Shown: piece after piece, positions 18,222-26,631 of the stretch
How positions within the stretch are numbered: position 1 is the stretch's first letter
Layout: every line of letters begins with the position of its first letter
Assembly (NCBI GenBank): GCA_048882325.1
Contig: JBHLRS010000002.1
Location: 64,001 to 128,000, forward strand
Length of the DNA: 64,000 bases
From: Candidatus Thorarchaeota archaeon
GTDB taxonomy: Archaea; Asgardarchaeota; Thorarchaeia; Thorarchaeales; Thorarchaeaceae
Reading direction: 5' to 3'
Notes under the pieces: model-generated
Databases searched by the model: none
What the model was told of the DNA's origin: nothing
What the model saw: only the letters and a program-made list of their open reading frames with translations
Made by a program: the position numbers and the translations under genes

Positions 18222-20135
18222 CTAGCGATACTTAAAGAACCATATGACGCCAATAATCGCAATGACTCCAACGGCAAGAAGAGCAACGGATGTGAGATAC
18301 ACCATTGCCGTTGATGTTGTCACATAGACCATAACGATAGACTCAGCCATGTTGCCACCGAGATCATAAACGCGGAGGGTTACATTGTGCTGTCCTTGAG
18401 GTAGCCCTGAGAAGTCAAACTCAATTGTCGTAGTAGTCCAGTCTTCTGTTACAACAACAACGCCATCGAGAAGAATCTCATAGTAGTCTTGGAAATCGTC
18501 AGACGCTGTCCAGTTGTAAATCTGGTGTTGAGCGCCCTGTGCATAACGAATGGTCTGAGGACTGTAACTAATCACAGGTGCAATCTCGTCTCCGAGCACA
18601 GTGACCAACACACTATCCATCGCAGTGTTGCCACTAGTATCGTTGACAAAGAGGCTAAAATTGTGTACGCCAATCTCAAGATCATTCAAACTGATTTCGA
18701 TGACAGGATTATCTGGGTCGATAGTGCCATTCTCAAAGGACTCTTCATTTCTGGTTATCTGATACTTGTCGGGGTAGTCATCAGTGACATTCCAAGAGAG
18801 CGTGTATCCTGATTCACTGAATGTGAACTCAACCGGGTCTGGTCCTTCAATAACTGGTGTAACATTCTCATAGAACCGAAGTGTGATTATATCCTCCGCG
18901 AAATTTGAATTCAGGTCATAGGCAAATAACCGGACCTCATATTCACCGATGATGAACTCAGGAAATGAAGCACTGACATTGTACACATAGTCAAATGTGG
19001 TATTGACCCAAGATGTTGTGGCATTGAGATGATTATCAATCCACACTTCAATTGAACTTGGGTACTCATCTTCCACAGTCCAGGTCAAAGTCACATTTTC
19101 CGCATCAATTAAAACATCAACATCACCGGGACTCGTGATGATCGGGTCTCGTACATCAGATTCCACAGCAGTCAGGTTGTAGAAATAATCTCCTAGCCCA
19201 ACAGGTTGACCCATATAGTAGATAGTCCAGTTGATGAATTCGATTGGTAAGTCAACAAAGATCACGGTACCATTTGCAGGTGTGACTTTGGAATCATAGA
19301 CTGTACCATTCTTGAAAGTCACCTGTACATCTGCACCCACGATTGGAGACAGACTGGTTTCATAGTATGCAAAGACTTCCAAGTCAAGATGATCTGGGTT
19401 TCCAGTTATTGGACCAATACTCTGGTGTGCAAGTAATTGTGTTCCATTCGACTCAACCTCTCCTTCATCAAGCAGGTACCCATCATATGTTGGGTCATAT
19501 AGCACAGACAAACGCCAAGTGTAGTTATCCTGTGGTAGGTCTGCAAAGTTAGCAGTCCCATCGGTGACTTCAACCTGAGCATAAATTGACATATCACTTG
19601 TACGATGAATCGAGAAGTTGAGGTTCTGTGCAGGATTGCCTTCAATATCCGTTATGGTTGCATTAAGGTCATCCTCATCATTTTCCCAATCAATATTTCC
19701 AAATAGGATACTGACGATTGCCTCGGGACCATCTGACACAATTTGACCTGTTTCCTGAGGAGTTATTGAATCGGTATCATGTGAAACATTCCACTGATAG
19801 ATACCTCTGGGCAGGTTTGAGAACAAGGCATAGCCATTCCCATCTGTTTGAGTTTCATCTTCAAGCAATCCAGTGGAAACATTGTAGAGACGTACCCAAG
19901 CGTTGTTCAAGGGAGTCGTACCATTCCGGACCCTGAATTCAAAGTCATCATCATTGAATGCGAGTAAGTTGTTATAGACTCTGACATCCACAACATAGTT
20001 TGTCGCAGCAGGTTCAAATGATGTGTCTTGGTAAGCATGTGAGATCAGGTTCTCACTATATGAAACTGGAATAGCGATACTAGCCGCAAATAGAACCAGG
20101 AAGAGGAATGTGAACGCTCTGTGTAACTTGCTCAT
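18222..20135 (-). CDS. Cell-surface protein: signal peptide, about 3 CnaB/prealbumin-like repeats, about 3 Ig-like repeats, C-terminal TM anchor
   Basis: Repeats F(S/A/V)(N/D)LP...W, then repeats P-x-I...W-x-x-x-D...YD/ND-x-x-GN; many N-x-S/T sequons; hydrophobic C-terminus plus basic tail. Confidence 0.8.
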   Translation of the reverse strand: MSKLHRAFTFLFLVLFAASIAIPVSYSENLISHAYQDTSFEPAATNYVVDVRVYNNLLAFNDDDFEFRVRNGTTPLNNAWVRLYNVSTGLLEDETQTDGNGYALFSNLPRGIYQWNVSHDTDSITPQETGQIVSDGPEAIVSILFGNIDWENDEDDLNATITDIEGNPAQNLNFSIHRTSDMSIYAQVEVTDGTANFADLPQDNYTWRLSVLYDPTYDGYLLDEGEVESNGTQLLAHQSIGPITGNPDHLDLEVFAYYETSLSPIVGADVQVTFKNGTVYDSKVTPANGTVIFVDLPIEFINWTIYYMGQPVGLGDYFYNLTAVESDVRDPIITSPGDVDVLIDAENVTLTWTVEDEYPSSIEVWIDNHLNATTSWVNTTFDYVYNVSASFPEFIIGEYEVRLFAYDLNSNFAEDIITLRFYENVTPVIEGPDPVEFTFSESGYTLSWNVTDDYPDKYQITRNEESFENGTIDPDNPVIEISLNDLEIGVHNFSLFVNDTSGNTAMDSVLVTVLGDEIAPVISYSPQTIRYAQGAQHQIYNWTASDDFQDYYEILLDGVVVVTEDWTTTTIEFDFSGLPQGQHNVTLRVYDLGGNMAESIVMVYVTTSTAMVYLTSVALLAVGVIAIIGVIWFFKYR

Positions 20136-20296
20136 CCAATGTCACTCTCGATAAAAGATAGAGACGGACTTCCTTCAGTCATCTCGACACTTGGCGGCGT
20201 CGAACCTTCAGCGCGCATAAAAGGGTTTTCATAGTTAAACTTCAGAACTATTGAGCTAGAACAATCCTTATGACATGAAGTAGAGCGGAAACAATC

Positions 20297-20713
20297 ATGA
20301 CAGAAATTCAATGGGATGAAAGTCTTTCAGTCGGTATTGAATTAATAGACGATCAACACAAGCTCCTGATTCAGCGTATTAGGGATCTCTCCGATGCAGT
20401 CAACTCAAGTAGAGGGGCCATAGAGATCGGGAACACACTTAGTTTTTTGATAGACTATACCGAGTTCCATTTCTCAACTGAAGAGAAGCATATGTATAAC
20501 ATGGATTATCCCGGACGTGATTTTCATAGGGAACAACATGACGAGTTCAAATCCACACTCAATGAAATGGTAATGGAGTTTGAGGAGGATGGAGCAACAG
20601 CACAACTCAGTGAATGGGTAAACAACTACTTGATCAATTGGTTGATAAAACACATCAAATCTATTGATACGAAACTTAGTGACTTTCTTCAAGAAAAAGG
20701 ATTTGAGGGATAG
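20297..20713 (+). CDS. Bacteriohemerythrin (di-iron)
   Basis: WDESLSVG..IDDQHK, HFSTEE, HREQH, WLIKHIKSID: all iron ligands present. Confidence 0.93.
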   Translation: MTEIQWDESLSVGIELIDDQHKLLIQRIRDLSDAVNSSRGAIEIGNTLSFLIDYTEFHFSTEEKHMYNMDYPGRDFHREQHDEFKSTLNEMVMEFEEDGATAQLSEWVNNYLINWLIKHIKSIDTKLSDFLQEKGFEG

Positions 20714-20748
20714 AAGGAAAATCTATCCCATGATTTCTTGTTTTGTCT

Positions 20749-21633
20749 CTATCTCAATTTAAGAATTTTCGCCACATTTGCATCGGCATCAATGACAGGT
20801 TCAATCATTCCCTTTGTTGACGTGAACAAAGTAGTGACACCAGGTCCATGACCAGAAATCACACAATCACTATGAACAACTATTCCTACGGACACAGCAT
20901 CTTTGAGGTATATCCTTCCAAATGAATGATCAGCATCCATTATAGCTACAAGGTCTCCAAACCTCAGGTCATCAAGACCATACTCCTTGTTAGTAACCTC
21001 ATCAAAGAGTTGGATATCATAGTCACCGGAATATACCTGATCTGCCCCCAAACCAGAACCCATTATCTTTGCAGGGACTTTGTGTGTGACAGGAATTGCT
21101 AGCTTTCCATCCTCATCCCCAAAATTAATTTTGTTCACAAACCGTGGGTCGATATTCATGACTTTGATATCAGGATAATCCAGAAGCTCGAGCCCCTGAC
21201 CATAAGCCTTAATCTGCATTTTATCTCCAATAGCGAGTTTCTCCATAATAGCTTCAGAAAAATCTACCATCACATGCTCGATACCGCCATGTTTCCCAAC
21301 AACTGTTCCCTTCTCGCCTTTGGCATCACTAGTACCAATGACTGTTGCTTCATTGCCAACGCAAGAGAGAATGTTTAGCGAGTTGTTCGCCATTGTCTTG
21401 AATCTAGCATCATTCTCTTTATTCTCGATACTCACACCAGGTTCAACATGGTCAGCTTTCCAACCAGTTGCGAGGTCTCCAACTCGGAGATTGTATGTTA
21501 TTCCTCCAACTCCAGGAAGTGTGACTGGCTGCCCGTCATGAGTTATTCGGTATGGTGATCTTGCTACTGGACTAGCAACCTCACCTAGCACGGATATCTT
21601 CACAATTTTGTCTTCGTTCGTATGAATTTGCAT
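20749..21633 (-). CDS. DUF4438-like conserved protein
   Basis: PGVGGITYN..VGD..GWKADHVEPGVS, GKHGGIEHV, MGSGLG..GDYDI, HSDC..SGHGPGVT. Start could be 21648. Confidence 0.75.
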   Translation of the reverse strand: MQIHTNEDKIVKISVLGEVASPVARSPYRITHDGQPVTLPGVGGITYNLRVGDLATGWKADHVEPGVSIENKENDARFKTMANNSLNILSCVGNEATVIGTSDAKGEKGTVVGKHGGIEHVMVDFSEAIMEKLAIGDKMQIKAYGQGLELLDYPDIKVMNIDPRFVNKINFGDEDGKLAIPVTHKVPAKIMGSGLGADQVYSGDYDIQLFDEVTNKEYGLDDLRFGDLVAIMDADHSFGRIYLKDAVSVGIVVHSDCVISGHGPGVTTLFTSTKGMIEPVIDADANVAKILKLR

Positions 21634-21704
21634 GATTGATTCAACCAATGGGGGGATAGGATAGCCTGTAGATAAGAATGATGTTTACTTCAATCCTAGA
21701 TCAA

Positions 21705-22547
21705 TCACAGATGCTCTTCAAGCCAGCCAAACAAGTCAGACAGAACTTCTTCGCTACCTTCATCTTGGAATGGCTCATGATACATTCCCGGGTAGAGCTT
21801 CCATGTCTTGTCATCAGAAGCAATATTGTCAAAGAATTCCTTGTTTCGTTCAGGATCAAGGATGAGGTCTTCTCCTGCTTGTTGAAGTATGACGGGGAGT
21901 GTGATCCTATTAGCTAGATTGAAACCTTCCTCACTTGCCCTTAGTCCTTCAGTGCCAAATCGGGGAGTTGCCTTGTCGAATCTAAGAGGGTCTTCTTGAT
22001 TTCTCTTGACAAACTCAGGATTTCGTGATACTAATTCAAGATCCAATCCATTATCAAAGTACATCTTTACATTGATTTTGGAAAGAAGTTTTGCTATTGC
22101 TCTGGTTGCTCCACTCATCTTAAGCCGCTCGGATACTGCAGGACAGGGAATAACTATACCGTCAGCCTCGTTAGGGTGATTGGCGATGTATCGAATTACA
22201 TGAAGTCCACCAAGGGAATGACCAAAGAGAAACAGCTTCATGTCATGATGCATCAACTTTAGATATGCTACAAGAGATTCCATGTCCTCTATGTACTCAT
22301 CGAAACTCTCTACATGTCCCTTTCTTCCTGGATATGTACCAAATGCTCGCATATCTGGGGCATAGAAGATGTATCCTCTCGATGTGAACTGCTCAGCTAT
22401 GAAGTCCATTAGACCACTGTGTGACCCCAACCCATGTATTCCCAAAACAACAGCCTTTGGACTGCTATCAGGTTTCCAGATTCGCAACAACATGGTGGTG
22501 CCGTCAAAGCCTTGATACGTGCTTTCTTCACTCATCGTGAAAACCAA
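21705..22547 (-). CDS. Lysophospholipase / monoacylglycerol lipase-like alpha/beta hydrolase
   Basis: HGLGSHSG, DMRAFG, GHSLGG nucleophile elbow, YPGMYHE. Confidence 0.9.
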   Translation of the reverse strand: MVFTMSEESTYQGFDGTTMLLRIWKPDSSPKAVVLGIHGLGSHSGLMDFIAEQFTSRGYIFYAPDMRAFGTYPGRKGHVESFDEYIEDMESLVAYLKLMHHDMKLFLFGHSLGGLHVIRYIANHPNEADGIVIPCPAVSERLKMSGATRAIAKLLSKINVKMYFDNGLDLELVSRNPEFVKRNQEDPLRFDKATPRFGTEGLRASEEGFNLANRITLPVILQQAGEDLILDPERNKEFFDNIASDDKTWKLYPGMYHEPFQDEGSEEVLSDLFGWLEEHL

Positions 22548-22595
22548 GGAAATACATGGGCAAAATACCCTATGTGTCTTCCGAAGTCTTTGATT

Positions 22596-23396
22596 TTATT
22601 GATTGAAAGCGAGTCTCTTCCTCGGATAATCAATAACTGTTTCAAATCTGTTCAGGAAATCAAATCCAAGTATTCCATGCTCAATGAGTTTCCCTTTGGG
22701 TGAAACCTTGCTTAAATCGAGAACAACAGCCGAAGTGTGAGAGATTTCTGCGTTTCCGACAGCTAGTTTTTGAACTTCTGTGAGCATTAGTTCGTAGTCT
22801 CCACCAATCCCTCGAGCTATACCCCAGCCAGGTTTCGGATCAAGGCCAATTCGGGTTGCTAACTCTGGTGTTATGACCGTGTTGCCTGCGCCTGTGTCAA
22901 GTACAAAATCAAAGGGTCCTTTGTCATTAATGTGTACTGGAACTCCAACAAGGTGTGAGTCCTTAATGAATTTGAAAGAAATCCAATTCAGCTTTCTTTC
23001 AGAGATCCCTTTATGGAGTTTGAACAGTTTCTCATTGTAATTCAAAGACATTGTACAATGTCGCAGGGTTGTGAATCCCAGAACTCCCTCACGGCCGCCA
23101 CTAGCTTTCAATAAAGCATTGACATCCAGTACATAGACTTCATCTTCATCAAACTCAAGTGACCCGACTCCAATAGTTGCATCAGCATACTTGACAGGGA
23201 TACCACCCCCAATTCCTCGAGCCTCTGATTGTGCACCTGTACGAGTAGGGATACCCAAACTCTCTGCAAGCTGGGGAGTAATAGTTGTTGTTGAAGCTCC
23301 TGTGTCAAGGTCGAATGTGAATGGTCCACGACCATTAACTGTTACCGGAACTTTTACGAGACGGGTCCCTGAATCGATCTCAACCTCAGTTTCCAT
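22596..23396 (-). CDS. Aspartyl protease with two tandem retropepsin-like domains
   Basis: LDTGA occurs twice, each followed by ARGIGG and a G(V/I)LGF motif. Confidence 0.88.
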   Translation of the reverse strand: METEVEIDSGTRLVKVPVTVNGRGPFTFDLDTGASTTTITPQLAESLGIPTRTGAQSEARGIGGGIPVKYADATIGVGSLEFDEDEVYVLDVNALLKASGGREGVLGFTTLRHCTMSLNYNEKLFKLHKGISERKLNWISFKFIKDSHLVGVPVHINDKGPFDFVLDTGAGNTVITPELATRIGLDPKPGWGIARGIGGDYELMLTEVQKLAVGNAEISHTSAVVLDLSKVSPKGKLIEHGILGFDFLNRFETVIDYPRKRLAFNQ

Positions 23397-23409
23397 TGTT
23401 ATAGCCTCT

Positions 23410-24234
23410 TCACTCAGGTTTCGTGCCAGCTATGTAGGCACTATATGCTCCGTATATGCTAGCTCCAGCCTTGCTGTTAATCCTAGCATCTTTGAATCCA
23501 GCATCTCTCATATGTTGTAGATATTCCTCATCTAGGATTGCACCGCCAATGCATCCGGTGTATGTGATAACCTCATCACTGACTTCCTTTGGTAGAGGCT
23601 TTGAGAGTACAATATCAGACACCATAACTCGACCACCAGGCTTTAGGACTCTGTATACTTCACGAAAGACCTTACCCTTGTCTGGAGCCAAGTTGATCAC
23701 ACAGTTACTGATTACGACATCAACTAAATTGTCTTCAATGGGCATATCCTCAATGTCTCCAAATCGAAACTCAACATTAGTGATGCCAAGTTCCTCAGCA
23801 TTCTTCTTCGCCTTTTCAATCATAGCAGGTGTCATATCAACTCCAATGACCTTACCTGTGTCGCCGACTTTCTTACTGGCTACAAACATGTCGAGACCTG
23901 CACCACTCCCAAGATCAAGAACAACTTCTCCTTCTTTCAGACTTGCCAGTGCAACTGGATTTCCACATCCTGCAAAAGTTTCAACGGCGCCAGTTGGCAT
24001 ACCTTCGGTATCATATCCCAATGCTTGTGCAAGGTTCACTCTTGTGACCTTAGCCTCCTCTTGAGGTCCACAACAACTAGAGGATGTTTGAGCTTGAGGA
24101 GGACAACATCCAGCATCGTTACTACTTGGTGACTGCTCCTCCGCAGACCAGGTTCCCTCAGCTACACGAGAGTATGCATCTCGTACAGCCTTTTTGATTT
24201 CATCAGATTTCATTTCACTGACTTTCTTTGTCAT
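23410..24234 (-). CDS. arsM: Arsenite S-adenosylmethionine methyltransferase
   Basis: CC pairs near the N-terminus, GCGNPVALA, VLDLGSGAGLD, GVDMT, ISNCVINLAPDK, GCIGGA. Confidence 0.9.
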   Translation of the reverse strand: MTKKVSEMKSDEIKKAVRDAYSRVAEGTWSAEEQSPSSNDAGCCPPQAQTSSSCCGPQEEAKVTRVNLAQALGYDTEGMPTGAVETFAGCGNPVALASLKEGEVVLDLGSGAGLDMFVASKKVGDTGKVIGVDMTPAMIEKAKKNAEELGITNVEFRFGDIEDMPIEDNLVDVVISNCVINLAPDKGKVFREVYRVLKPGGRVMVSDIVLSKPLPKEVSDEVITYTGCIGGAILDEEYLQHMRDAGFKDARINSKAGASIYGAYSAYIAGTKPE

Positions 24235-24371
24235 ATTACCACCAATCTGTTTGGATTCTCGTTATTGTATTCGTAACAACCACAGGATAATTGACATGAG
24301 GACTTAGACTCGGTTTTCTTTTGGGATCCACATATCGGTCGGGATTCCGCAACAACTCTGTCTTCAGTCAT
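24231..24371 (-). CDS. Small Cys-containing peptide (46 aa) translationally coupled to arsM
   Basis: Own translation: MTEDRVVAESRPICGSQKKTESKSSCQLSCGCYEYNNENPNRLVVI. GGTGA RBS upstream; its TGA overlaps the arsM ATG (ATGA). Confidence 0.55.
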   Translation of the reverse strand: MTEDRVVAESRPICGSQKKTESKSSCQLSCGCYEYNNENPNRLVVI

Positions 24372-24385
24372 TCAATCACCTTCTA

Positions 24386-24501
24386 TATTGGGTGTCCAAT
24401 ACATGACAAAAAATATTGGGCATCCAATATAAACTTTGCTTTTAGAGAAAGAAGTCAGTCTGCAGGTGAGAAAGAATTTATTAGCTATAGGAAGTCCAAT
24501 A
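24386..24501. promoter_or_regulatory. Three palindromic operator-like boxes TATTGG-N4-CCAATA between the divergent arsM operon and padR-like gene
   Basis: 24386-24401 TATTGGgtgtCCAATA; 24414-24429 TATTGGgcatCCAATA; 24486-24501 TATAGGaagtCCAATA. Confidence 0.7.
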
Positions 24502-24506
24502 GATAT

Positions 24507-24878
24507 ATGTCCGACCTAGAGCAGACTGAGCAGTGTTGTCCTCCTGATTGTTGTGATATGAGAGGACTTCTTACATTTCAGATCCTCTGGGAACTTGACA
24601 AAGAAGAAATGAATGGGCAACAGATTGCTGAAAAGATCGCGATCAGGAGAGGAACAAAACCGACTCCAGGTACTATCTATCCTGCTCTCAAGGAACTGAA
24701 GGAGGGTGGGCTTATTATTGGACGAAAGGAGGGTAGACAGGTCATCTACCAGCTAACACCTGAGGGAGAGAAAGGTCTTGCTCAAGCGTCCAGATATTTC
24801 CTGCAAGCATTCGGGGACATCGCAGAGGATGTCAAGGTGAAGATAGTTGTGATCAAGAAGGGCGATTGTGACTGCTAG
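24507..24878 (+). CDS. PadR-family winged-helix regulator with Cys-rich termini
   Basis: CCPPDCCDMRGLL.F.IL..L, PTPGTIYPALKEL, YQLTPEG, C-terminal CDC. Start moved to ATG 24507. Confidence 0.88.
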   Translation: MSDLEQTEQCCPPDCCDMRGLLTFQILWELDKEEMNGQQIAEKIAIRRGTKPTPGTIYPALKELKEGGLIIGRKEGRQVIYQLTPEGEKGLAQASRYFLQAFGDIAEDVKVKIVVIKKGDCDC

Positions 24879-24985
24879 AGACAGTTATTCACTCACCATT
24901 GCTCACATTTAAAAGGCGACTTATTAAGAAAACTGCAGCCCCTTATATACTATATAAAGGCAAGAGAGCAGGCAGGTTTGAGCAG

Positions 24986-25591
24986 ATGCCACGTCCACAG
25001 CCAAAGACAAAGATAGAGAACGTTGTAGCTTCTGTGATTCTTAATCAACGACTCGACCTCGACGAGATTGCGGCCACCATGCCAAATGTCGAGTTTGATC
25101 CTGAGCAATTCCCAGGTCTGGTGTACCGTCTGAAGAAACCCAAGACAGCCACACTGATTTTCAACTCAGGAAAGATGGTGTGCACCGGAGCAAAGAGCGA
25201 GAAGGAAGCAAAACGTGCAGTTCACAAGATTGTGAAGAACATCAAGGAAGCTGGTATTGAGATCACCGGCAAACCAATCATTGTTGTTCAGAACATTGTT
25301 GCCAGTGCAAGTCTGGGAGCAGAACTCAATCTTGAGCTTGCAGCCATGAAGCTCGAGAATACACTTTACGAACCGGAGCAGTTTCCAGGGCTTATCTACA
25401 GGATGCGAGATCCTAAGGTTGTCATTCTGCTGTTCGGTTCAGGAAAGCTCGTCATCACTGGTGCCAAATTCGAGCCACAGATCGATGAAGCAGCTGAGAA
25501 AGTGATGGACCGTCTTCTTGAGTTAGGAGTCATGAGGATCCCAGAAGGTGAAGATTGGGGTCTCGAGGACTACGAAGAAGAAGACTGGTAA
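24986..25591 (+). CDS. tbp: TATA-box binding protein
   Basis: Two repeats NVVAS/NIVAS...EQFPGL.YR...P....LIF.SGK.V.TGAK; acidic tail. Start at MPRPQ. Confidence 0.97.
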   Translation: MPRPQPKTKIENVVASVILNQRLDLDEIAATMPNVEFDPEQFPGLVYRLKKPKTATLIFNSGKMVCTGAKSEKEAKRAVHKIVKNIKEAGIEITGKPIIVVQNIVASASLGAELNLELAAMKLENTLYEPEQFPGLIYRMRDPKVVILLFGSGKLVITGAKFEPQIDEAAEKVMDRLLELGVMRIPEGEDWGLEDYEEEDW

Positions 25592-25596
25592 AATGA

Positions 25597-25640
25597 GATG
25601 AGTTCCCGGTCTTAGCCGGGAACATCTGCTATTTTTATGA
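25597..25640 (+). terminator. Stem-loop followed by a T-rich tract downstream of tbp
   Basis: GTTCCCGG-TCTTAG-CCGGGAAC inverted repeat followed by ATTTTTAT. Confidence 0.5.
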
Positions 25641-25709
25641 CAGCAACCAGATTCACAAGATTTTTCATATGGATGCAACTTAATTGATGGAAACTGTGGA
25701 GGAGAGAGT

Positions 25710-26576
25710 ATGAAGAAAACTATAGTTGCAATAATCGTAATCCTATGCTTGGGACTGACTACCCTATCTACGGATATTGGTCAAGCGTTCTGTCCGGGTA
25801 GCGAGTGGTCTGACGACTTCAACGATGGTAATATTGATGGATGGACTGTGCAAGGATATAATACCACAGATAATCCTCCAACACAACTCCCAGGAAATTT
25901 CACTGCAGATGATTATAGCCTCCGAGCATACGATGATGGAACAAACCAAGCGTATCGTACTAGTATAGTGGCGTATGGCTCGTGGGAATTCGATCTCCAT
26001 TCAGTACCTACTACCAATAATCATAGCTATATAGCGTTTGTATCAGGCCCCGCGGTTGAGATAACAGGTAGTCCAGGTTGGGAGGCATCGGTGCCATATG
26101 AGTATGGTATAGCAGTTGTTAATGGTCAGTTTGCTAGTTTCAATAACACATTCGTACTCTATCGGCGAAATCAAGGAAACTTGAACATAATTCCATTGGG
26201 ACAGTATCATGTGAATGAGATGACCGGGTGGCATAAAGTCAACATCACAAGAAACCTTGAGGGGAACTTTGAAGTTTACTTCAATAACACTCTGGGAATC
26301 ACAGCAGTTGAAGACACGTATACTACATCTGAGATCTTTTCGTTCTATACCTTAGCTGGTTATGCACTAGATAACATTGTCGTGGAACCCCATCCTGGAC
26401 TGATAATTACAACCTATTCATGTACAACTACATCTACAAGCACTACTACTTCATCAACGACCACTCCTTCAACCAATGGAGGTGGCCAACTACCTGACAT
26501 GACACTACTCCTAATTGCTGGAGGAGGAATTGTTGTAGTTGTGATTCTAGTTGTGCTTGTCAGGTCGAAGAGATAA
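25710..26576 (+). CDS. Secreted, C-terminally anchored beta-rich (lectin/ConA-like) surface protein with a Thr/Ser linker
   Basis: Signal peptide, WSDDFNDG..DGW, Thr/Ser-rich stretch, TM segment plus RSKR. Confidence 0.7.
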   Translation: MKKTIVAIIVILCLGLTTLSTDIGQAFCPGSEWSDDFNDGNIDGWTVQGYNTTDNPPTQLPGNFTADDYSLRAYDDGTNQAYRTSIVAYGSWEFDLHSVPTTNNHSYIAFVSGPAVEITGSPGWEASVPYEYGIAVVNGQFASFNNTFVLYRRNQGNLNIIPLGQYHVNEMTGWHKVNITRNLEGNFEVYFNNTLGITAVEDTYTTSEIFSFYTLAGYALDNIVVEPHPGLIITTYSCTTTSTSTTTSSTTTPSTNGGGQLPDMTLLLIAGGGIVVVVILVVLVRSKR

Positions 26577-26631
26577 GAAAGGAGGAGGTTGATGTGGCTT
26601 TTGATTAATCAGGAAGTCAAAGCTCCTCCAA

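Noticed and set aside
23456-24064. 202-aa plus-strand ORF antisense to arsM, and similar antisense ORFs such as 35984-36523, 37582-38004 and 58281-58718
   Set aside because: They lie on the opposite strand of well-supported genes and have shadow-ORF composition with no motifs.
24321-24506. N-terminal extension of the PadR ORF in the track
   Set aside because: It overlaps the operator boxes and the small minus-strand ORF; recognisable sequence starts at ATG 24507.
24899-24985. N-terminal extension of TBP in the track
   Set aside because: It spans the AT-rich promoter (TTATATACTATATAAA); the real start is probably ATG 24986.
26410-26475. ACT/ACA-rich repetitive DNA
   Set aside because: It encodes a Thr/Ser linker of a surface protein and is not a CRISPR or independent repeat.
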